Positions 11,164 to 25,200 are shown, counted from the first letter of the stretch. The stretch is 64,000 nucleotides of DNA from Histomonas meleagridis 2922-C6/04-290x (GCA_020184695.1 JAANOX010000108.1:1-64000); one strand, 5' to 3'. Program-made: numbers and translations. Notes: generated by a model from the sequence alone, not told the origin.

Positions 11164-11823
11164 TTTTTTTCTATGGAATTAATAACCGTCGGGTTTTGTA
11201 ATTTTCGTGTCACTTTTTACTCTGTGCATTTTTTTATCTTTGTATTTCTCTTCTTTTTTCCTAACAACAATTTTAAATTATTTCTAATTAGTTTCAAGCA
11301 GTACCTTTAACTTGAATTTTACCTAGTTTCATTTTTATGAACTTGGAAAATTATTTTTTTATTATCAATAAATCTAAACAATTGTTTTAAAATCATAAGT
11401 TTAAACTAAAAGCCAAACTTAAATACTGAATTGCATTGATAATATCGAACTTAAGAGGTTTAGGTTTCAACTTTTATTACAAAATAAAACTTAAAACTAA
11501 CAAAAATATTTTAATTTTGGAATATTTTGCCCACTAAAATACAGCCCATTTTATTTTGCTACATATTTGTCATCTTTAACATTAAAATTCTTTTTTAAAT
11601 CATAATGATTTTTAAAGTTTATATTTTTCATATGCATTTGTTTAAAAATTTTTCGAATTTAATATTTTTTATTTTTTTTAAAAGTAGGCAAGATTTTAAT
11701 GTTTTTCAAGATATTTTGTTTAAAATATTATTGATTGTGAATAATTTTATAAATTGCCCATTTGGAAAAATTTATTCTTTCTAGAAATTTGTCACAATTT
11801 TATATATTGAATTCAGAAATTTT

Positions 11824-14419
11824 ATGATTAAATCGAACTCAAAAATTTGTCAGATCAGGCATTTTTTAAAAATGATTCCTGAAGATTATTTTAACATCCT
11901 TAACATTCTTTTCTCTCCATCACCTGTACCTAACCTACCTGAAATCAGAGAGAAGTTTTATAATACAGTACCTTATTTTGAGTGTACATTATTGATTCTT
12001 GAAAAACAAGAATACAGACAAAACCAATTATGGATGGTTGCATCCTCTTTGTTGTGCAATTTTATTCAATATTTTGATTCTAACGGCAGGCAGAAATCTA
12101 TCGTGAAAAATCATGAATTTTTACCACACATTGATAGTTTTATAAATCGAATCCTAAATATCATTTTTTATAGTGCTCCATCTGATCTGAGCCCAATGAT
12201 GGATGACTTTGCTAAAATTCTTGGAATTTTAATCATTTATTCTCCTAACAATTTATTTGCACCACAAATTTCCGATCAACTGTTTCAAATATTTCAACAG
12301 CAAAATGTTGATATAGTTTATCTTGAAAATATTTCAAAACTTTTTGATCCAATTATCAAAAAATTTTTCTTCAATACGAACCATCATACAGATGATGCGG
12401 TAATATTTTCGAACAAATTTATTGATTTTATTGATAAAATTACTGTTAAAGAAATAATTACTAATTCAAAAAATACAACTCTTATTATAAATTTACTTTC
12501 AGCGTTTATTCAGTTTGCTAATGTTTCTGATGTAACAAAATATTTCTTATCGAAAGAATCAAATATCCTTCAACATTTGGTCGGATTTTTATTTGAATTT
12601 GTGGGGAAAATGGATGATAACTTGTTTCCATTGGCTTCTACAATAATGCCACTCCTATCTAATTTTTAGGATTTTAGATTCAGCTCCTCGTTTTCCAGAT
12701 TTTGCAGAAAAATTAAATTGGTTTAGTTCAAATATCCAATTAGTTTTGGTAAAACTTCTAACCCAAACCCCAAGGTGTGAATCAGAAACAGGTGTATCCT
12801 TTACCTTTGAAAATTACTCTTTAAAAATACTTTCTTTTTTGAGCAATGCGATTAACGAATACCCCATTTTCAGAGCACTTTTTGAAATCGCCGTAAAGTA
12901 TTCAAATTCCACACAATATTTGATCAGTCAAAAAGAAATTAATGTACAACTATATTATGATACAGCATTTTGTTATCTCCCAGGGGATAAGTGCATTGCT
13001 GAATATTGTATGAAAATAATTTCGAACTTAGCACAACAAAATCTTTCAATGTTATTGCAATGTATTTTAACCACCCAAAATTTCACAGAAGGTTTTATAA
13101 AAGTATGCACATTAACATCATATTTAATGTCTCAAAGAGGGCTTAAACCCCCGGATGAATATATCCAATTTTTAAGCAATTTTTCATTAGACATAAATAC
13201 AGAACCAATAATATTATTATTATTTTCTGAATCTTTATCATTTTTACCAGAAATTATATATAACAAATTATCAGAAATTTCATTTATTTTTATCAGTAAT
13301 AAAGAAAACGCGCAAAATCCAACTGCAAATGATATCTTACGCTTTACATTAGGATGCCAAATCATGTCAATAATGATGGATAATAAGAATTATTGTATTC
13401 CATCACATTATATTTCAACTATATTTGAGAATAACATATGTATAAAGAACTTTGCTTTTATTGTTTTACGTAAATTTGTGTTTTATACTCAAGAAGAAGA
13501 GTTTTTACTTGGCTTATATAATAATTATTTGAGTATACAACTAATTAAATATTGTGAACGTATTAATGAGAATTTTGAAAGTCAATTTGATGATTTAAAT
13601 TATGTAAGTACATTATTATGTTGTATTAATTCGATAATTGTACGATTTAAAAATAACATTGATGTTTCACCTATAATATATTGTATTCAACAATTTTTCA
13701 AATTACCTGATTTAGATGATTCACTTATATTGGATGAGGTTTTAGAATTAATAATTACAATTATAAGATATTCATTACCAAATTATGAAATAATTATTAA
13801 TTCATATTGGAATTTCTTTTTAACGAGAATTAATGATTACATTGCTATTTATATTAAGCCTTTTATAGTGTTAATCGAATATCAAACAGAAAGTTTCATG
13901 AAATGGAATTATAATGCAGCCTTTATAGATGTCATTAATCAATTAATGAAAAATGAAACTGTTCTTTGGGATGAAGAACTGATGTTTTCGATTGTTACTG
14001 TCTATACAAGGTTAGTGCAATTAAAGATTTTGGATAATGAGACATCGTCGAATTTATATGAATTCGTTTTAAATCATTTAATCGAAAATTTTGATAATCA
14101 ATTATATGGTTTAATAGATCTTGAATTATTATGTTCTATTATTATAACAAATGAAAATGTTCAAAAATTCGATGATGTAGTAAATGCAATTTTAATTTGC
14201 GTCGATAGTGATAGAGTTTATAGAGAAATAGATAAAATACTTTATGCAATGGTATTAAATAGATTACCAAAATCAGATGAAAGAGATGAAAAAATTAATC
14301 AAATAATTGGATTCGATTTGGCAAAAAATAATGAAATATTGAATTCCGATGACTTCATATGGTTAGACGAATACGATTATGAATATCCGTTCCAAAGGAT
14401 AATGAAAAATTCTCAATAA
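11824..14419 (+). CDS. HEAT/ARM-repeat protein (importin-beta/karyopherin-like); one gene split by a +1 frameshift at 12663-12667
   Basis: ORFs of 281 aa and 557 aa. The second frame is open back to 12662 (IFRILDSAPRFPDF…), and removing one T from the T5 run joins them. Leu/Ile-rich helical composition with an acidic C-terminus. The family call is by general resemblance only. Confidence 0.5.
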
Positions 14420-14975
14420 AATAAATTTTTTTTGACCTTTTTTAATTTATATGAAATGCATTTAAGATATCTTATAAACAGAAAGCAAAAAATAATAAAT
14501 ATTTTTATTAACAAATATTCTTCTTTAGATTTAAAAATCTAATCCTATAATAAATATATTTACTCTTGTGTCTTAAAATGATAATGAAATTTGTTAATGA
14601 TAAAAAGACTTTAAGACGTTTAAAGACGTTAAATCACTTCATTTTTTGAAAATAAACGTTCGCTAAAAAAATGAATACACATCAAAATGATTTGACATAT
14701 ACAATTGTTATTCCAGAATTTAAATATTCAACACAACAATTCAAACAAGAAGATAAGGTTGAAACAAGAAACTTTGGATATCCTGGCGAAAATCTGAAAT
14801 TTTGGCTTGGAAATTTGATCTAAATTTATAGATTTATTTTTAATTTGATATAACCTTTAAACCTCTGTTAATTATATTCAAATATGAAAAGTATTAATAA
14901 AACAATTTAAATAATATTATTAATAATATCGATTTCAAAAAGATACCAATTGTTGTTCCTCTCACAACAGCAAAA

Positions 14976-15515
14976 TTAAAGTTCTCCGCATTGAATGACA
15001 GTTACTGGAAGCATTGGTTCTTCTGTACCTGGTTTCAATGGAACATTTTCTATTTGACGAATTGTGTACATTCCCGAAATTACCTTTCCAAAGGCAACAT
15101 AGTTTCCGTCTAGCTCTGGAATTGGGCTTAATGTAATGAAGAATTGACATCCATTTGAATTTGGTCCACTATTAGCCATTGCAACAACGCCTACATCATT
15201 CATTGAAAATGCTGATCCTTCGTCTTCAAATGTAAATCCATAAATCGAGATGCATCCTGTTCCATCTTTTCTATCACAATCTCCTCCTTGTATAATAAAT
15301 CCTGGAACAACCCTATGAATAGGCGTTTCTTTGTAACCTACTGGAACTCCTCTTGGCTGATATTCACCAGTACATAATTGTCGAAAATTTTCACAAGTTT
15401 TTGGGCATTGTTGAGCATATAATTCAATAGTAACTCTTCCAATTGGTCTTCCAGAAATAGCGAAATCTAAAAACACTCTTGGTCCATTCCATCCAGGTTC
15501 AGGTTCGATCGACAT
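14976..15515 (-). CDS. PPIH: Cyclophilin-type peptidyl-prolyl isomerase, cyclophilin H (U4/U6 snRNP)-like
   Basis: RVFLDFAI, PKTCENFRQLCTGEY..GVPVGYK (PPIH-type insert), HRVVPGFIIQGGD, AMANSGPNSNGCQFFIT, LDGNYVAFGKV. Confidence 0.85.
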   Translation of the reverse strand: MSIEPEPGWNGPRVFLDFAISGRPIGRVTIELYAQQCPKTCENFRQLCTGEYQPRGVPVGYKETPIHRVVPGFIIQGGDCDRKDGTGCISIYGFTFEDEGSAFSMNDVGVVAMANSGPNSNGCQFFITLSPIPELDGNYVAFGKVISGMYTIRQIENVPLKPGTEEPMLPVTVIQCGEL

Positions 15516-16022
15516 GCCAAGTTAACTCTAACGTCCTCCTAGACTTTTTGTATGTACATTCAAGTAAATTTTCATAATTTTAAAATAATATGGCTTGTGC
15601 TGAATATTCTTGTGATACATTAATATCACAAAATCTAACATTACTTTTTTAAAAAAATTCGATTGAGAAATGATGGATTTCGAAAAAAGATGCATGTAAT
15701 TTTTGCTTTTTTCCTTTGTTTTCGATAGGCTGTATTTTAAAATAATAAACTCACTACAAGGCAAGCAAGTGATGAAATGTATTAAAGAAAAAATCGAAAT
15801 TTAGAGTTATTATGGTTTAAATTTTTCAAAAAGCAGAAGTGTAATATGTTTAACTTAAGTAGATCTGCTTTTCCCTGCGATAATACCTTATTACCTCCAT
15901 GAGGGTGGGATAAACATCGATAAAAATCTGATTAAAGTACAAATGATACGTTTGGGTGATTTTTATTTAAAAAGTGTATGGCAGTTTATTAAGTAAGGAC
16001 CTAGTCGCTAAAACAATAGGGC

Positions 16023-16230
16023 AATTACTTCTTGAACAAAGGAATTGATATTAATGCTAAAAATATTTATTTGTTTTATTTAAAATTTATTTTAATAATT
16101 TGATATTTCGGAATAATATTTAGAAATGCTTTCAAATGTTTAATACAGCACTTATGTATGCATCTCAAGAAGGTCATAAAGGAATAGTTAAATTACTTCA
16201 TGAGAGGAATATAGTTTTATAAAAGAAAAT
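16023..16230 (+). pseudogene. Isolated ankyrin-repeat remnant carrying four 17-nt intervening elements
   Basis: …GIDINAK-AAT|17|AAA|17|GAT|17|AGA|17|AAT-ACAGCACTT; elements at 16065-81, 16085-101, 16105-21, 16125-41. Decodes to NKDRNTALMYASQEGHKGIVKLLH. No upstream gene body. Confidence 0.75.
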
Positions 16231-17473
16231 GATAAATCTCATTTAGAAGAAAAATGATAACACACTAAATATCATTCAATTAAAATCTAATAAGCAAAGT
16301 AATTATATAATCACAAAGACAAGCAAATCGTTAAGCGTAATAAATACTCAAATAGATTGCAATATTGTTTAAAATAAGGTATATTCAGCGAAAAAAAAAT
16401 GAATTTCATCATAAAATATTTAAAAAAGAATATAACAGTAAAAATCTGTAAATTTTGGCGGATCTCTTATTTCCATCAAGCACGATAGAAAATATATTTG
16501 AAAAAGCATTATTTACAGATTTGGATGAAAATTGAATTTCATAAATTTAATTTTTTTAAACCAAACATATGATTTGATTATTTTTAAGATAGCAGTTTGT
16601 TAATTATACAAATATTTTAATATTTTGAAGTGAATATTTTTTCCAACTATTTCGTTTTCCCAGTAACTCTTATAATTTTATCAGAACATTTCTTTAGTCT
16701 GTTTCTTGGTAAAATCCCAATCACTCTTTGGAATTTCTTTATACTTTTGGCCCATCAAATGTTTGGCCAGACCACATCGCAATCAAATTACATTTCGGAC
16801 AAATCGTTCAGTATTAACAAAACAAAGTTAGTTCACAAATATTCAATTTAGCAAAGTCCAATTTTCTGGTAAATATTAATACTTGACACTCAAAATCATA
16901 TTTTTAAATAACTGATTATATTTATTTAATTTTAAATCTTTGAGTTAAGTGATGCTGTTTGAATTTTATCATAATCCAAAATATTATTTAGAGGTAAACA
17001 ATAATATAAAAGATGACACAAAAGCAAAACAATTTATTTTTTTATATTTGGAATTATTTTTTGCCTTTGACAAAAAATAAATCCGAGGTTAAAAAAGTTT
17101 TTTATTTTCGATATCGTTTTACATGACCACGCTTTCTGCTTATTGAGGATTGATTTTATTTGTCTTTTTTGCTTTATCTTTCTATTCACAAAGACTGGTT
17201 TACAATTTGTGGAATATCTCACTTTTTGAAATAGAAATTCAATTCTAAACATGTGAAAAAGTGTCATAATTAATGAAAAAAGAAAAACAAAACCACAAAA
17301 ATGAATGGGAAGAATTTCTTTCGATTAACCAGATGGTTTTTAGTCTGAATAAAAGAAGTGTAGAATTATGATCGTCATTGTTCTCCTTTGGAAATTTAAA
17401 AATTAAGTTGTTGGTAAAATCATTAAATTAATTTGTATTTTAAAAATTAAATATTACAATAAATGGTATTTTA

Positions 17474-18685
17474 TTAATCAGTTACTATTGCTATTCCAAT
17501 AGCAAAAGCCAATAAACTGTTAAATGGTTTCTTACACATCACAGTCAGCACACTATTCAATGACTTAAACATACAAAATATTCTTTCTCCGTTTTCATCG
17601 TTAATTATAAAATTCTTTAAACTCATTTGGATAAGATAAGGACCAAATTCAAGAAATTTATCCCCATCTTTATCCTTTTGCGGCGAAACGTTTTGATATA
17701 TTGTTATCCCTTCCACAGGTTCTCCGAGTTTTGCGATTAACGATAAATCTTCTTCTTTTTTGGTGATCACATATGTATCGGTTTCCGGAATAGCAACACG
17801 AAACATCTTCGAATGATGATATTTTTTGCCGCTGATGAAAGAAAAGCCTAAAAGTGAATAATATTTGGGTTCATTATCGTCATCAGATATTGGAGGTGAA
17901 TATAATGTGAAACGTTTCCCGTCATGATGGCGTTGAAGAATGCCACAAACAGTGGACTTGTCATCGGTAATAACATGTGAGTTTCCAAAATGAGTTTTTT
18001 TTGATTTGCATTTGAATATTATTGTATCGTTATGCAGCATTTGAAGAGGACGCTTCGAGCGAAGAGTGGCCTTCTTGGATATTCGTTTTCCAAAGATAAT
18101 ACTGAATGTTTCTTTAGAGTTATCATCATCATCCACTGGTTGGGCGGGTAGTGATTCAACTTCCTGCTTTTTGACCTCTGGTTCTTTTGATTCCTGTTTG
18201 GGCGTAGGCTCAGATTCTTCTTCAGTGTCAGAATTTGATTTTTTATTATTGGATGAAGGAGGTGGACTTTTTTTCTTGTTTTCTGCTGGCGGTGGCTGAT
18301 TTGGAGCTTTCTTGGTTTCTGGTGCTTTCCAATTTTTTTCTTGTTCAATGTGGAAATCTGAACTGGAGGAATCTGAAATTGATATTTCATCATCAGAAAA
18401 ATCACTTGGGCTACTTTTTTTGAGTTTCGTTTGAAGTGTTGGCAAATCGCTACTTTCCGAATCTGAATCAGATGAAAAAGTAAGTTTAGTTTCTATTGTC
18501 GATCTTAAAGGGCTCCTAACAAATCCGCCACGAGGAGCTGAAGGTGATCTAAATCCACCACGCCCTCTTTGAGCTGGACGAAATGGTCTTTTCTCCATTC
18601 CTAGGGCTGATTTGCAAGAAAAAATCACGAGTTTTTGAATGGAATTGAGCACTCCTGGGAATTGTAAACTAGTCAATATGTTCAT
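17474..18685 (-). CDS. Tubby-like C-terminal domain protein with a low-complexity S/D/E/K/P N-terminus
   Basis: 403-aa ORF (alternative ATG at 18598). The C-terminal QMSLKNFII…PFNSLLAFAIGIA resembles the Tubby SVKNFQI…PLCALQAFAIAL signature. Confidence 0.55.
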   Translation of the reverse strand: MNILTSLQFPGVLNSIQKLVIFSCKSALGMEKRPFRPAQRGRGGFRSPSAPRGGFVRSPLRSTIETKLTFSSDSDSESSDLPTLQTKLKKSSPSDFSDDEISISDSSSSDFHIEQEKNWKAPETKKAPNQPPPAENKKKSPPPSSNNKKSNSDTEEESEPTPKQESKEPEVKKQEVESLPAQPVDDDDNSKETFSIIFGKRISKKATLRSKRPLQMLHNDTIIFKCKSKKTHFGNSHVITDDKSTVCGILQRHHDGKRFTLYSPPISDDDNEPKYYSLLGFSFISGKKYHHSKMFRVAIPETDTYVITKKEEDLSLIAKLGEPVEGITIYQNVSPQKDKDGDKFLEFGPYLIQMSLKNFIINDENGERIFCMFKSLNSVLTVMCKKPFNSLLAFAIGIAIVTD

Positions 18686-19226
18686 TATTTGTTAACTTTA
18701 CATTGCAGGAATCTTATTAAACGTGGCTATGTTTGCAAAATTAAATACCACATCTTTAAAAAATTGTATTTGAAGAAATTTCAAAAAGACTTTTAACCAA
18801 ATATGGTAGAGCTCTCAGTGACAAACATTAAAAATTATATATATATTTTATAAATACATACTACATTTTGGAATTCGAAAGCCGAATAAACTAATGTTTG
18901 GAATTATGGTGCTTCATTATCCTGATGATAAATCTCAATTTGATGTTTTTAGCAAATCATTTAAAATAATTCTCATTATTTTGAGAATATTTTTTTTAAC
19001 AGTTATTTCACAATGTCGTAAATTCAAAATTATCCTAGTGTTACCAGTTTTGTTTGAAGTTTATTTATTTTTGATTTTTTCGAATGTTTTGGCATCTGCC
19101 ATCTGGAAGATAAAAAAAATTCTATCAAACATTTACATCTGGTCGCAGAATTCAAAGCATTGAATTTTTAAGCTTTCAAATACCACTTTTCATACGCGTT
19201 GTAAACTATAGAATATTGAATGAAGT

Positions 19227-22200
19227 TTGGCTTTGAAATGTTCTCAAACTAAAAGGGTGCCCCAATTCTTCAGGCTTCCATTCAAGTTGAATATTCGAGA
19301 ACTCCCCATTCCTTCAAAATGCAAGCAATTAATTGAGCTGTACAATAAATACTATGATGATTTTTATTCTGAAATGGTTCGAATGGGTAATTCAGCTCTT
19401 TCTGAATATGTTGATAAATACATTCAACTACTTACAACAATGTCAAAGTCTTTAGAAAAGGAAGATAAGTGCAGAGCTGGTATTGGAGTTGTATCATTGC
19501 ATTCCTTTGGGTATCCTAATTTTGAACAATTGACACATGTGTTTGACAGAATTATTCCACAATCTGACCGTGAGTGTGTAAAGTTTACAAGTTGGTGTGC
19601 AGGAAAACTTATTTGTCACCCACGTGAAGAGCAATTTCATTATATTTCACATTTATTCAAGAGAATTCTTGGGTGGATTCGTGCCCATGGCAGAAGAGAA
19701 AGGTATTTAGCTGCAATAAATTTGATTCAATCCCTAACATTAAATGCAGGAAGTTACATGGTAATATATTTACAAACTTTAAAGGCTGAAGCATGGAGGA
19801 TGTTATCACATCCGTCACATCAAGTTCTAAAAGACGCCGCCAAGTGTTATAGTACGTTTACCCAAGCAGTTATGCGATATTCAAGAAATCATTTACACTC
19901 ATATTTAACCTATATAATGAGTATTTGTGATGGTCTTTTAGGATTCAAAAGTCCTACCAAGGATTATGCTGCTCTTTTAATTATCAAATCCATTAGCCAA
20001 TTAAATTTAAATTATATTGTAACAGGTGTTGATCGAATTTCAGCTGTTATTTTAAACGTATATAAAAGGTCAAGTACTCCATTGATCAAAAGTCTTGCAA
20101 TATGTACTCTATCACAACTTTCTATGTATCGACCAGATTACTTTGTTGACAATATCGTTGACAAAATATTTGACAGTTTTTCTGAACTTATTTTGGATTT
20201 TGACCATGACATTGTGAAACCGTTAATTTTATTTTGCCAGACGATACCGGACTATGTATTGAAACGAATTGAATCCTATACAAAAATTGTGCTCAATTTA
20301 TTCAAGGAGAACTTATTTAAATCATGTTTTCTTTTATTGCAGACATTAATTCAAACATTTCCTGATTATTTCTTCAAGAATAATATCAATCATAAGTTAT
20401 TAAATGTATTACCAGCAAATTTTTCGATTCATTATAGTCGATTTTTTATCTCATATTTTGAAATTGCGCAAAAATATCAAAAAGATATAACTAAAGATGA
20501 ATTATTTAAAGGTTTAATCAAACGAATAATTGAAGAACTTCATAAAAATCATTTATATCCACCATTAAAATTAATTGCACATTTACCAAAGTCATTATTA
20601 AAAGAGAAAGGCGAATTAATAAAAGAAATATTACCATTGTTTTCGAATAATCCAAAAACGAAACCATATACAGTTGAAATTACTAAAGCTTTTTTCAATA
20701 TATCAATTTCGAGTCATGTTATAACGCATGATGAAATATATACCAAAATAATATTTGTAGCATTATATGAAGAAACTGCAATAAATCGATGTCGGATATT
20801 ACGTATTTTAGAGAAGAATTGTACAAAAGAAATTGCAACTAATGAACATTTAAACACATTACGCGCATTTATAAACGATGAATCATATTCAGTACGGAAA
20901 ATTATATTTAATATATATCGAAATATATCGAAATATAATCCAATTCATGTGTTATATATAACAAGAGAATCATTAATGGCAAATATATTTAATCTAAAGA
21001 AATCAGGAATTCGACAAAAGGCACAAATCGCATCGATTTTACCCGATTTAATTAAGGCTTCAATATCATCCATTAATTTATATTCCGAATTATTAATGAA
21101 CATTATTTTAAAGTCATTTAAAAAAGCGAATGAAATAAATTTTATAAATTTTCTAGAACAAAATTCACAAATATTTTATTTGGTTGGATTAGTTAATTGT
21201 ATTCCATTTATTGCCGAATTTGATCCAGATAAAATCCGGAAAAACATTGATCAATTAATAACATATTTTTGTGATCATTTAATACCAACAGAACATCGAT
21301 TATTAATATTATCGATATTAAATTCATTTATATTTATATTATCACCTCCATGCATAGATATAAATATTCGAGCTAAAGTACCATTGATATTATTAGTATG
21401 TACAAAGTTATTATCAACAATTAATTCAAGAAAAGCTAAAACTGGAATATTAAAAGTTATTGGTATAATTGGAGAAATAGAAGTACATCAAAAAACAATT
21501 TATAAGTTTAATAATAATTTCCAACAAGATGATATGGATGAAGAATTAACACGACAATTCTTTAGGCCTCATAGAGATAATGAACAAGAAATTGATGAGA
21601 TACAATTATTCGATCCAGTACAAGTTCAATATTATTATATATCTATTGTAGCTAATTCTTTATTTGAAGTATTTTCGGATGAAAAATCTTCTGATTTACG
21701 ATTTGAAACAATTCAAATCCTTGTGAAAGTATTATCGAATCCAAAGAATTCAACTTTACGATATTTCGATACATTTGTAAATAAATTATTATCAATTTTA
21801 GAAGATGAAAATGTAACAAAGATTCAATTATATTTACCCGAATTTTGTAAATTAATTCGTATGTCAGGTAATAATATAATACCATTTGTAGATCGTACAT
21901 TACGATTTATTAAGTTAAAGTTATGTAATGAATTAATAATATATTTCATGGATTTGATTTTAGCGTATATCGATTCATTAGGTAATAGTTTTTCTTTATA
22001 TATATCGAATTTAATTTATATCCTTTTAGGACTTTTGGATACATGGAAAACTAAAGATGTACAAATATGTCGGAAAATTCTCGAAATATTTTCTAAAATT
22101 GGAATTTCAACAATTAACATACGATTTCTAATTGTTTTACAAGTATGTGAAACTATTATATGTTTAAATACAATACCTTTTATCCGAATAATATCATTAA

Positions 22201-25200
22201 ATACATTAAAAATATTCGTCGAAAATTTCGATGTTTCTGATTATATACCAAATATATTACGATCGATTTCATTTTCATTCCAATATTTTAATGATGATCA
22301 ACAAACTTATGAAGAAACTAAACAACTTTTATATGCGTTAATTTTATATAATAAGAAATGGTTAATACCAAATCTTAAACAAAGTAATAATGAAATAAAT
22401 TTGTTTCAAATTAATAATCCCGAAATATCGGAAATATTACAAAAGAATTATACTAAAAATGAGTTAAAAAATTTAATTAAAAAATCTGGAATATATTTCA
22501 TACAACAAAATATCGAAAAATTCGATCGACCATATACATTTTCAGAAGATTCATTATTTGCACGTATTATTACACCTAATTTTGGCTTAGGTAAATATTA
22601 TGAAATTTGGGCATCTAATTTCATATTAACATTTATAATGTTAAGCCCTATAAATTGTATACGAATTTGTTATTCAATAGCAACATCGAATTATTCATTT
22701 GCATTATCGATTTTTAATGCGGCGTTTTATTCATGTTGGAAATTATTAACAGAAAAAGGGAAATTCTTAATAACATCGGCATTAAATGAGTTTTTTTCAT
22801 CAGAAGAAATATATTATAATAATAAAATAGGTAAAGACTTATTAAATATGTTATTCTTTATGCATAAAATGTCTTTTCCTATAAACATTGACTTTAAAGT
22901 ATTAATTAAAGCTTGTTTAAATAAAGGTTATCCTGGATTTGCATTAAGATTATTACAAGAGAAATTCGATAAAAAACAAATTAAAAACGAAGATATAATA
23001 CAATTAATTGATGTGTTATTAGAAATTAATAATTATTCGGACGCTTTAACTATCTTTAAAATGTTTATTAAGGGTCAACCTGATATAAATTTATTAATAA
23101 AGTTAAAGTTATGGGATAAAGCTTTAATGACACAAAAAGAAAAATTTAATGATCCGTTTTCTAAACAAAAAACTTTTGCACCATTTATTAGATCATTAAT
23201 AAAATTAGAACAATATGAAGATGTAATGAAACATTATGACTTCTTCCAAAAAGTTGATATATCAGAGAAGAAAAGAACATCCGAATATTTTGCAGAAGCA
23301 GCTTTAAAGCTTCAACGATGGGAAGATTTAAATAATATATTAAATTATTCGCCAAATAATAATATTAAATGTAATATCTTTTTATTGTTAAATTTATTAC
23401 ATAATAAAAAATTCGATCAAATTGATAATATAATTGAGAAAAGTTATCGATTATTATCGAATTTACCAATAAAATTTTTAGCGGAAGAACAAAAAATACA
23501 AAAAGAAATTATATATTATTCACAACAATTATTCGAAATATCAGAAATGAAAAAATGGTTCGAAACTAATGATGAAAATCTTAAAAAGAAAATTCAAGAA
23601 AATTGGGAAAAACGAATTAAAACAGCGCCTCGTGATTATGACTTTTGGAATCGAATTATTACAAATCGTGTTCATGTAACTAAAATATATGATGAATCAT
23701 TAATAAAATTATTCCAATTAACAAATAATAATAAATCATATTTAAACTCATTTCGAATATTATTTCCTAATTTCGATATGACAAAATCAAATTATATTGA
23801 ACGAATTTGTTATATTTTAGTCGAACATAATTTAGGAAGTTATAAAAAGGCATTAAATGATTTAGAAAATATATTAAATGTAATACCTAATTGTTCTTTA
23901 AAGAAACAATGCGTTTCATTATATGTCGATTGGGAAATCGAATTAAATGATTCGAAAGAATCTTATCAACATCTTTATAACTCATTAAATTCATTATTCG
24001 AATCAAGTTTCAAGAAAACTTCTTTTTGGAAATCGAAAACATTAAATAATTGTTCTGATATTAATAATAATAGTGTACAATTTAAAGGGAATTATTTCAA
24101 GAAAATTAAACCTTATTCATCATTAACATTTGTCTTTCCTAAAAACATCTTAAAAAATCTATATGATGAAAATGATGAAGAACTTTTACGTAAATGGTCA
24201 TTAATTAATATCGAAATGATGAATCATGACCTAAAGAACTCCAAAGTTTATGTTTTTAAAGCATTTCAAGCTTTATTAAAATGTTGTATCATATCACATT
24301 CATTTCCAGATATGGTACAATTATTAAATTTATTTTTTGAACATACGAAAGAAATTTTAGAATTTAATCAAAGATCAGAAGAACTTTTTGATAATTTCAC
24401 TCCGACTATGTTATTAAATGTATCACCGCAATTATTAATACAATTATCACATCCAATAACTAAAATCTCGAATTTAATACATCAAATTATATTAAAACTT
24501 TTACCTGAACATTATCATTCTTTAATATTCTCATTAATAGTAATCCAAAACTCACAAAATAAAGAACGTGCTAAAGCATCACAAGACATATTATTAAAAT
24601 TCCATCGAATTTGTCCTGAGCAACATAAAGAAGTAATGTTAATTAAGCGCTCATTAATATATGCAGCTAATACATGGTATGAATTAACATTAAATCAAAT
24701 CTATAATGCAAAAGATCAATATCAAAACAATGAATATAAAAACTTTCGAAACATTTTATTGAATTTATATCGTGAATATCAAGAGCCTCATTGTCAATTA
24801 CATTATCAATTTTTACAAGAATTTAATTTAGAAATCGAACAATTAAATGTTTTATTAAATGAAAAACAATCAACAAAAATTAATGAATCATTATATAAAT
24901 GGTGTGAAACAATGGAAGATTATGTGTCAAACATAACAAAGAATATACAATTAATACAACTTTCTTCAATATCTTCAACGTTATGTAATAAGTCTAGTTT
25001 CTATTTGGCAGTGTTCGGTACTTATAAACCTGGAAAACAAATTATTCGAATTAAATATTTCATTGGTCAAATCGGTATTTATATGTCGAAACAACAACCA
25101 AAAGAAATTATAGTACGTGGTGAAGATGGTAAATTTTATCAATATCTTCTTAAGGGTCATGAAGACTTACGATTAGATGAAAGAATTATGCAGTTCTTTA

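Noticed and set aside
14976-15515. Functional link between the spliceosomal cyclophilin H gene and the 17-nt elements
   Set aside because: Only proximity to an orphan remnant; PPIH is a routine spliceosome component and eukaryotic gene order rarely implies function.
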